Shown: positions 17,159-23,605 of the stretch, piece after piece
Layout of the letters: every line of letters starts with the position of its first letter
Position numbering within the stretch: position 1 is the stretch's first letter
Assembly (NCBI GenBank): GCA_031422115.1
Contig: JANOPX010000103.1
Coordinates: 53,222 to 77,221 of the forward strand
Length of the DNA: 24,000 nt
Reading direction: 5' to 3'
Origin: Chamaesiphon sp. VAR_4_metabat_408
GTDB lineage: Bacteria; Cyanobacteriota; Cyanobacteriia; Cyanobacteriales; Chamaesiphonaceae
Translations under genes and position numbers: made by a program
The notes under the pieces: generated by a model
What the model was told of the DNA's origin: nothing
The model's input: the letters and a program-made list of their open reading frames with translations, nothing else
The model's database searches: none

Positions 17159-17511
17159 TGCTGTTAATACAGATGGAATGAAATGTACCTCGCTGCGAGG
17201 AATTGAGCAAGATAGAGATTTTGTACATCTGAGAAAAATGGCTTCTTTATCTCTTATATCTTCTATAAATTCACTCTTTTGACGATCGGAATAATCATCA
17301 ATGGATATCCATACTCTTTGTAAGAATATCTCTATTTGCTTGTTTGGATGCGTGAATTTATGACTACAATTTGGATCGAGGTACTTTATTAGTGAATTTT
17401 CATAAGCAATTCGTTCTCTGGCAACATAAAGTTCTCGAAAAATTGCAAAAATAAATATTGCTATAGTAGTGATTGAAAAATAAGATCCACTAGATATAGT
17501 CCTGATTTTGA

Positions 17512-17862
17512 TTAGTTGTTTTGAGTAAAGCGATCGAGTTCTGCTGATGATAGATGTTTTTGTGCAACTCTTACAGGTAAATGTTCTACATTCCAGCGAG
17601 TATCTATAGGTTCCCGCAGATGCAAACTATACAAAGGTTCATCCGATAATCGATCGTCAAGTGCTAAATAAACTTTTCCTAATGGTGCATAGTTGCGTAA
17701 TAGTCAAATCTGCTTGCAGGTTTTCAAATCGCGGAGGGATTGAGCTAATGGGGCGTTTTGTCGATCGTCGAATAGTTCGCACGCTTCCTTCCAAGCATGG
17801 TTGAGAGCGACGATTTCTGCCACTAGTTGCTCGATCGAGGGGTTAAGTAGATCTGTCATCAT
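17512..17862 (-). pseudogene. small ORF (116 codons) at the head of the Zorya-like operon, interrupted by an in-frame TGA at 17704-17706
   Basis: My translation: MMTDLLNPSIEQLVAEIVALNHAWKEACELFDDRQNAPLAQSLRDLKTCKQI-TGA-LLRNYAPLGKVYLALDDRLSDEPLYSLHLREPIDTRWNVEHLPVRVAQKHLSSAELDRFTQNN-TAA. Both halves look protein-like and are in the same frame. I do not recognise the family. Confidence 0.45.
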
Positions 17863-17979
17863 GTCTGTGATTCATGCAATCTTCAAAAATGTGAGCTATG
17901 TTGTTTTATAGTGCCCTCTGTTTAACAAAAATTACCTCCGATGTCGATCGAGATGTCAGTAGCAATGCACCCCGCGATC

Positions 17980-18102
17980 CATTCGTGTCAACTTAACGAT
18001 ATTGGCAACGAGATTACGTCATTACAGCCACTGTCACGATCGTCATTACTACGAGAGAATAAGGCTTTCAGCACTTATAATTTCCTTAAGTTGACACGAA
18101 TG
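17980..18102. mobile_element. 123-bp MITE-like insertion with 17-bp perfect terminal inverted repeats and a 9-bp target-site duplication
   Basis: TIRs: CATTCGTGTCAACTTAA (17980-17996) and TTAAGTTGACACGAATG (18086-18102). Flanking direct repeat CCCGCGATC at 17971-17979 and 18103-18111. The uninterrupted site is visible in intact uvrA (gcaCCCCGCGATCgaacccc, 7059-7078). Confidence 0.8.
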
Positions 18103-18368
18103 CCCGCGATCGAACCCCGTCACCTACACAGGCGTATTCGACACCATCCGCGAAGTCTTCACCCAAACCATCGAAGCCAAAACACGCGGCTATAAAGCCG
18201 GACAATTTTCCTTCAACGTTAAAGGTGGACGTTGCGAAGCCTGTAGCGGACAAGGAGTCAACATCACCTTTAATGAACTTCCTCCCCGATGTCTTCGTCC
18301 AATGCGATGTCTGCAAAGGCGAACGCTACAACCGCGAAACCCTCCAAGTTAAATATAAAGGTAAATCG

Positions 18369-18393
18369 TTGGCGTAGCCTCTCTGGAGGAGAC
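18369..18393. repeat. 24-25-nt mini-insertion (TTGGCGTAGCCTCTCTGGAGGAGAC) in the uvrA pseudo-copy
   Basis: Intact uvrA reads aaatcgAtcgccgatg (7324-7339). The copy reads aaatcg[ttggcgtagcctctctggaggagac]tcgccgatg. The insert introduces an in-frame TAG. Confidence 0.8.
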
Positions 18394-18746
18394 TCGCCGA
18401 TGTCCTCAATATGACCGTCGAAGAAGGCTTAGACTTCTTCTTTAAACATCCCCCGCGCCGCCACCCGCCTCCAAACCCTCGTCGATGTGGGACTCGGCTA
18501 CGTCAAACTCGGACAAACCGCACCCACCCTCTCCGGCGGCGAAGCCCAACGAGTTAAACTCGCCACCGAACTATCCAAACGTGCCACCGGGAAAACCTTA
18601 TACCCGATTGATGAACCCACCACCGGACTCTCATTCTACGATGTCCACAAGCTTCTAGACGTGCTCCAAAGACTAGTTGACAAAGGAAACTCCATTATCG
18701 TCATCGAACACAACCTAGCCGTGATTCGCTGCTCCGACTGGGCGAT

Positions 18747-18771
18747 TCTCTTGACAGAGAGGCTACGCCAA
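18747..18771. repeat. 25-nt mini-insertion (TCTCTTGACAGAGAGGCTACGCCAA), the inverted copy of the 18369-18393 element
   Basis: Intact uvrA reads gacgat|cgatctcgg (~7679-7693). The copy reads ggcgat[tctcttgacagagaggctacgccaa]cgatctcgg. A 17-nt core (CAGAGAGGCTACGCCAA) is the exact reverse complement of 18369-18385. Confidence 0.8.
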
Positions 18772-18995
18772 CGATCTCGGCCCAGAAGGTGGTAATAAGG
18801 GCGGAGAATTAGTAGCAGTAGGAACGCCAGAACAGGTGGCGAAAAATCCGAAGTCCCATACGGGGAAATATCTCAAGCAGGTGTTGAAACAACATTCAGC
18901 CATGAAAGCTTAACCACGGAGTTTAAGATCGTGCCAGAACTATTAAGTCCAGATTCCCAATATTTAAGCGAATTAATACTGGAGGATTATCTCTA

Positions 18996-19769
18996 TTACC
19001 TCAAGAGTTGCGTCATGCTCAACGGCTGATAATCATCCCCTGCAAATGGTTTGAAATTTCGTTCGTGGAGAGTCTCTGAGACTAAGTTACATTCGGCTGT
19101 CAGATTACACAACAATCGAAATTGCATTGGTGTTGGAGAGGGATTTACGCGATCGATTGTTACTTTTACTTGTTGAGGGTGTTCCTGAAGCATTCTGAAA
19201 ATGTCTTGAGACAAATATCGAGGGCAATATCCGAGATTATAACGATCCTCAGTGTGTAGCAATAAAGACTTTGAATCGTAGGAATTTTGCCAATCATGGC
19301 TGAGATATAAAATATCTCCCTGTTGTAATTGTAAGGCTTTGTCGATCGAGCATTTCGGCATATACCGTAAGCCACGTACAAAGAAATGAGTATAATAATT
19401 CCCCTTTTCATTAATTTCTGGACAGGGGAAAACTTCATAAGTATCTGTTGCTTTACCGCCACCACTTCTCGATAAAACTGTCATCGGATTGTCTTCACCT
19501 TCAGGAATATTTAGAGATTCAATATATTTTAGATAATCAGGACGAGAACGAGACATCAACCGATTAGAAAATAGTGGAAAAAGCTCTGTCGAACTATAAG
19601 TCTTGTCTAGCTCTGGCAAAGAATAAACCGAAGTAAAACCTTCGCGCCTAGCCTTTTCAACTCCTTGAATGTAGAAAAAATGATATTTGTTACCATCAAA
19701 TTCTAGACAGCCGATCGGAAACCAATGACGACTCTTAGGTTCTTTCCATGCTAAGAATAGCTTTTTCAT
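18996..19769 (-). CDS. HipS-like (HipA N-subdomain-like) + C-terminal HIRAN domain protein
   Basis: The N-terminal part (KLFLAWKEP..WFPIGCLEFDGNKYHFFYIQG...ELFPLFSNRLMSRSRPDYL) resembles the HipA N-terminal / Couple_hipA region. The C-terminal part (FFVRGLRYMP...LQQGDILYLSHDWQNSYDSKSLLLHTEDRYNLGYCPRYLSQDI) fits the HIRAN pattern (G.ry....l..Gd.l.L..e..N.yD..Ai.v.....lGY.Pr). Its start overlaps the kinase stop (ATGA, 19766-19769). Confidence 0.6.
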   Translation of the reverse strand: MKKLFLAWKEPKSRHWFPIGCLEFDGNKYHFFYIQGVEKARREGFTSVYSLPELDKTYSSTELFPLFSNRLMSRSRPDYLKYIESLNIPEGEDNPMTVLSRSGGGKATDTYEVFPCPEINEKGNYYTHFFVRGLRYMPKCSIDKALQLQQGDILYLSHDWQNSYDSKSLLLHTEDRYNLGYCPRYLSQDIFRMLQEHPQQVKVTIDRVNPSPTPMQFRLLCNLTAECNLVSETLHERNFKPFAGDDYQPLSMTQLLR

Positions 19770-20680
19770 AGTTGTTCTCGAAACTTTAATAATTTATCTC
19801 GATTGTGATTTAATATATTTTGAGCAAATTCAATAGCAGTGGCAGATATTCGATTTTCAGGAATACGCTGGAGCAATTGGAAAGTATCATTCTGCGATCC
19901 GGTTTCCAAAATATTTAGCCACACACAAGCAGCTTCGGGGCATAGTTTAGCAGCTTTGGCAAAGGATTCAAAAGCTTTAATTGGTTTCGATTGTCCAATA
20001 TTATAGAAGGATGAATCACACCGATCGGCATAAGCTCCTACGGAATAACCTGTGTCGCTAGTTTTGAGTCTTTTCAATCTCTTATCATCAGATTCATTTC
20101 TGCCTAAACTCGAAGCATGGTCATAAGTTGGTGCTAAATAAAGTTGTCGTTCGAGTTCTATAAATCCCCAATTTTCATGATGTCTATCGCTATTACCAAT
20201 CCAAGCATCTAAAAGTAAATAACCAACAAAAACATGATGGACTTTGATGATATTTTCCAGTGGTTCCCAACCTAAAGGCATTAATACTTCTGAAAGATCG
20301 TCGAAAGCACTAAAAATTCGTTCGATCGTATGCTGAGATAAATTTCTAGTATCTGTTGGGTAATCTGAGTATATTCTAGCTAAAATTTCGTTGCCAAGCA
20401 TAAGATTACCATTTTTAGGCAAAAACGATCGAGAGATAACTCCGTATTCACCATTACATGTTGCTAGTTCGTATTTAGCATGGGGAAGTTTTAGCAACTG
20501 ACACAATTCGGCTGCTATTTTTTCCGACCAATCTTCGCCTGCTGTTTTCGATCTAGACTTTTTGTACAAGCACCAGCCTAGTTGCTCGTGTCTGAACCAG
20601 AACTTTTCCTTTGTTCCTAGTGATTCCTGCTCTTCAGGAGCTTCTAGCGAAACTTCAAATATTTGGAATCTTTCAGTCAC
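19766..20680 (-). CDS. short HipA-homologous Ser/Thr kinase (core kinase domain only, HipT-like)
   Basis: 304 aa with a GTG start. Gly-rich-loop-like SLGTKEKFWF, catalytic motif IGNSDRHHENWGF, and a following APTYDHASSLG. It lacks the N-terminal subdomain of full-length HipA. Confidence 0.7.
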   Translation of the reverse strand: MTERFQIFEVSLEAPEEQESLGTKEKFWFRHEQLGWCLYKKSRSKTAGEDWSEKIAAELCQLLKLPHAKYELATCNGEYGVISRSFLPKNGNLMLGNEILARIYSDYPTDTRNLSQHTIERIFSAFDDLSEVLMPLGWEPLENIIKVHHVFVGYLLLDAWIGNSDRHHENWGFIELERQLYLAPTYDHASSLGRNESDDKRLKRLKTSDTGYSVGAYADRCDSSFYNIGQSKPIKAFESFAKAAKLCPEAACVWLNILETGSQNDTFQLLQRIPENRISATAIEFAQNILNHNRDKLLKFREQL

Positions 20681-20759
20681 GCTATTTTTAGGCGATCGAT
20701 AAATTTAATTGATGTTAGGCAAAATCCACTCAAGCTCACTCAGCAAGAAAGATGTATGT

Positions 20760-21563
20760 TCATTTACCCAGCAGTTTCACCACCCCAATCCCGCCGAAGT
20801 ACAGAGCTAGAACTGCTCCAGCGAGTAAACTTTGAGTGAGAGGATCTGTAGAGGGAGTGACGACAGCACCGACGACCATTGAGCCTACCACGACATTTTT
20901 CCAGCCAGCTAGCATCAACTTGGAAGAAAGAATACCGAGCAGGGATAATAGAATCTGAATGACAGGTAGTTCAAATAAGAGTCCAGTGGCAAATAATAAG
21001 ACAAGGATAAATTCAAAATAGCGATCGATCGACCAAGCTTGCTCGACGACATCCGCACCATAACCGATCAGAAAATTCAGCGCGGCGGGAATCAAGGCAT
21101 AGTAGGCAAACGCCACCCCAGCGACGAATAATACCGCCGAACCAGCCACCACAGGCAATACCAACTGTCGTTCGCGGCGAGTTAATCCAGGGATAACAAA
21201 TTGGACGATTTGATAGAGCACCACAGGAGTGGCGACTAATAACCCACAGTAGCCAGCTACTTTTACGGAGACGAAAAAGTACTCTCCTGGAGCCAGTTGG
21301 AGAAATTTTATCCCCGCTGCGGGGACTTCTAAAATTTGGACGATTTGTTTGGCATATACAAAACAGCCTGCTGCACCGATCGCCACTGCCGCGATCGCGT
21401 AAAATATCCTTTGACGCAACTCTTCCAAATGATCGGAAAAAGACATCTCCAAGGCGGGTAGTTCATCCGGCTCGACATCGGTAGTAAAGTCTATATCTGG
21501 TGCCCAGAGAGCGGTACTAAGTTCGGGTTCGGGTTGAAAGTCGGTGTCTACTTCTGGATTCAT
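20760..21563 (-). CDS. tatC: twin-arginine translocase subunit TatC
   Basis: MSFSDHLEELRQRIFYAI followed by six hydrophobic segments (IPGLTRRERQL, FEFILVLLFATGLLFELPV), typical of TatC. It has an acidic N-terminal extension of ~40 aa. Confidence 0.92.
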   Translation of the reverse strand: MNPEVDTDFQPEPELSTALWAPDIDFTTDVEPDELPALEMSFSDHLEELRQRIFYAIAAVAIGAAGCFVYAKQIVQILEVPAAGIKFLQLAPGEYFFVSVKVAGYCGLLVATPVVLYQIVQFVIPGLTRRERQLVLPVVAGSAVLFVAGVAFAYYALIPAALNFLIGYGADVVEQAWSIDRYFEFILVLLFATGLLFELPVIQILLSLLGILSSKLMLAGWKNVVVGSMVVGAVVTPSTDPLTQSLLAGAVLALYFGGIGVVKLLGK

Positions 21564-21705
21564 CGAAGAGCTTTGGGCAGATTTATCTTCTAATTATAGG
21601 GGGTAGTAGAATTAGTCGCTCAGGTGGCGATTTGGCGATCTTTGCTTAGGGCGCATCGATCGTGGATAATTAAGAATTGATAAGTAAATTAATTTTATAG
21701 TCTTC

Positions 21706-22443
21706 GTGAATAACCAGAGTACTGTCTCCGATACTAAGCGCACTTTTTACTCCAAGCATACCCGGCCGATTAATTCGATCTATCGGCGGATTGTAGAGGA
21801 ATTGATGGTGGAAATGCACCTGCTCTCTACCAACGTTGATTTTGTCTACGATCCGATTTATGCTTTGGGTGTGGTGAGTAGTTTCGATCGATTGATGACT
21901 AGCTATCGGCCTGAGACAGACAAGCAGTCTATTTTTTCGGCTCTATGTCAATCGATCGGTAGTAGTACCGAAAAGTATCGCGAAGATGCTGCTGGAATCC
22001 AAGAATTTGCGCGGAGTATGGCAGGACAAGATATCGTCGATTGGCTCGTCAAGCCAACTTCAGATGGGATGGGCGCGCAATTAGCCGGAATCGTGGGTTC
22101 GATCTCAGGTAATGCCAAATTCAAATACAGTCGTTTATTTGGGGTGGGTTTGTTTACCATCCTCGAACAAGCTGCACCTGATTTACTCAAAGATGAGAAA
22201 CTACGGACAGCAGCGGTGGTAAAAATTACCGAAGCTATGCACCTCACCACTGATAAAGTTCAAAAAGATCTTGATGCTTATCGCAGTAATCTTGATAAAC
22301 TAGTGCAGATGGAAGCTGTAATGGTAGATGTAATTGAAGCCGATCGCAAAAAACGCGAAAAACGTGCCGCTGAGAAGGCCGAAAAAGCCGCAGCTACTAC
22401 TCCAACTACTCCAGCCGAATCCGAAACTGGTGCAGGCAGTTAA
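21706..22443 (+). CDS. thf1: Thf1/Psb29 (thylakoid formation / photosystem II biogenesis protein)
   Basis: VSDTKRTFYSKHTRPINSIYRRIVEELMVEMHLLSTNVDFVYDPIYALGVVSSFDRLM is the conserved Thf1 N-terminal block. GTG start, charged K/E/A-rich tail. Confidence 0.9.
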   Translation: MNNQSTVSDTKRTFYSKHTRPINSIYRRIVEELMVEMHLLSTNVDFVYDPIYALGVVSSFDRLMTSYRPETDKQSIFSALCQSIGSSTEKYREDAAGIQEFARSMAGQDIVDWLVKPTSDGMGAQLAGIVGSISGNAKFKYSRLFGVGLFTILEQAAPDLLKDEKLRTAAVVKITEAMHLTTDKVQKDLDAYRSNLDKLVQMEAVMVDVIEADRKKREKRAAEKAEKAAATTPTTPAESETGAGS

Positions 22444-22553
22444 AACCACCGCCACAAGATCCGATTTCACCATCTAGCTTTCAGGACTAGCTGTAGGGTG
22501 GGCACTGCCCACCATCTATATTTCAGGTAATTTATCTCCAACTCCCCACTTGA

Positions 22554-23582
22554 ATGACTGCCGAACCGATAAATTGGTCGCAACTACTCCACCAACTGCT
22601 GGAAAAACAATCTCTGACTCAAACCCAATCTGCTGAACTGATGCAGGGATGGTTGCAAGGGGATATATCTCCTGTGATGTCTGGAGCGATTTTAGCAGCG
22701 CTGGAGGCGAAAAAAGTTAGTGCGATCGAACTCGCAGGCATGGCGCAAATATTACAATCCCCCGCCATCTGCCATCCCACTCCAGTCATCGATACGTGTG
22801 GGACTGGTGGGGACGGTGCCTCCACCTTCAATATCTCCACCGCAGTGGCGTTTGTTGCCGCAGCAGCAGGCTTAAAAGTCGCCAAACATGGAAGTCGATC
22901 GGCATCCAGCCTGGTGGGTTCTGCGGATGTATTGGAGGCTCTGGGGGTAAAATTGACCGCACCACCAGCACGAGTAACTCAAGCCCTCGATGCTGTGGGG
23001 ATTACCTTCCTATTTGCCCCTGGTTGGCATCCAGCGATGAAAGCTGTCGTACCCTTACGGCAAGAGCTAAAGATTAGAACAGTATTTAATCTCATCGGCC
23101 CATTAGTCAATCCCTTGCGTCCAACCGGGCAAATTATCGGTATCGGTACGCCCCATTTGCTCGAAACTATGGCAGAAGCTGCGGGAATTTTGGGCACGCA
23201 ACAAGCAATAGTGCTACATGGGCGAGAACGTCTGGATGAAGCAGGTTTGGGCGATTTAACAGACTTGGCAATTCTCACAAATGGGGTGGTAAAAGTTACC
23301 AGTATTAATCCCACCGAATTGGGGATTACTCCTGCACCAATTACTACGCTCAAAGGTGGTGATGTTGCCGAAAATGCGGCGATTTTGACAGCGGTACTCC
23401 AAGGCAAAGGGACTGCGGCTCAAAGAGATGTTGTGGCTCTTAATGCCAGTTTAGCTTTCCAAATTGGCGATTTGATTCCGATTGGAGAGCATCAACGGGG
23501 GGTGGAGCTGGCGCAAACTATTTTAGGTAGCGGTGTGGGTTGGGATAAGTTGGGGGAATTGGTCAAATTTCTTAATTGCTAG
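22554..23582 (+). CDS. trpD: anthranilate phosphoribosyltransferase
   Basis: [42 protein letters not shown] and [12 protein letters not shown] are canonical TrpD motifs. 342 aa. Confidence 0.95.
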   Translation: MTAEPINWSQLLHQLLEKQSLTQTQSAELMQGWLQGDISPVMSGAILAALEAKKVSAIELAGMAQILQSPAICHPTPVIDTCGTGGDGASTFNISTAVAFVAAAAGLKVAKHGSRSASSLVGSADVLEALGVKLTAPPARVTQALDAVGITFLFAPGWHPAMKAVVPLRQELKIRTVFNLIGPLVNPLRPTGQIIGIGTPHLLETMAEAAGILGTQQAIVLHGRERLDEAGLGDLTDLAILTNGVVKVTSINPTELGITPAPITTLKGGDVAENAAILTAVLQGKGTAAQRDVVALNASLAFQIGDLIPIGEHQRGVELAQTILGSGVGWDKLGELVKFLNC

Positions 23583-23605
23583 TGTTGGGCTTGTGGTAGG
23601 CAAGT

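Larger units (their letters stand above)
17967..18913 (+). pseudogene. uvrA: 5'-truncated, decayed duplicate of the uvrA 3' end (paralogue of 7059-7807)
   Basis: Colinear nucleotide identity with uvrA. 18112 onward matches 7073 onward with a single mismatch in the first ~150 nt. Two +1 frameshifts are present: 18268-18273 (ccttta versus tcgaa) and ~18440 (tttaaac versus caaaac). Three small insertions also interrupt it. Its own terminus differs (..[11 protein letters not shown] versus ..KQHSRPD-TAG). Confidence 0.9.

Noticed and set aside
7821-18085. Searched the island and its flanks for an integrase, transposase, tRNA or obvious att core that would identify the mobility mechanism.
   Set aside because: None was found in any frame. 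The only mobility signatures are the uvrA direct duplication and the miniature elements, so the island is reported without a mobility-gene call.
17941-18195. 84-aa + strand ORF.
   Set aside because: It runs across the island/uvrA' junction, through the 123-bp MITE and into out-of-frame uvrA-derived sequence, so it is an artefact of the mosaic.
18487-18795. 102-aa ORF with an ABC signature ([12 protein letters not shown]), which could be annotated as a small ABC ATPase.
   Set aside because: It is an internal piece of the decayed uvrA duplicate. It starts at an internal GTG, lacks a Walker A motif, and ends in sequence created by the 25-nt mini-insertion frameshift.
7059-18897. Could the two uvrA 3' copies be a diversity-generating retroelement template/variable repeat pair?
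   Set aside because: The substitutions between the copies are not adenine-specific (C>T, T>C and A>C were all seen). The duplicate is ~750 nt long with frameshifts, and there is no reverse transcriptase gene in the window.
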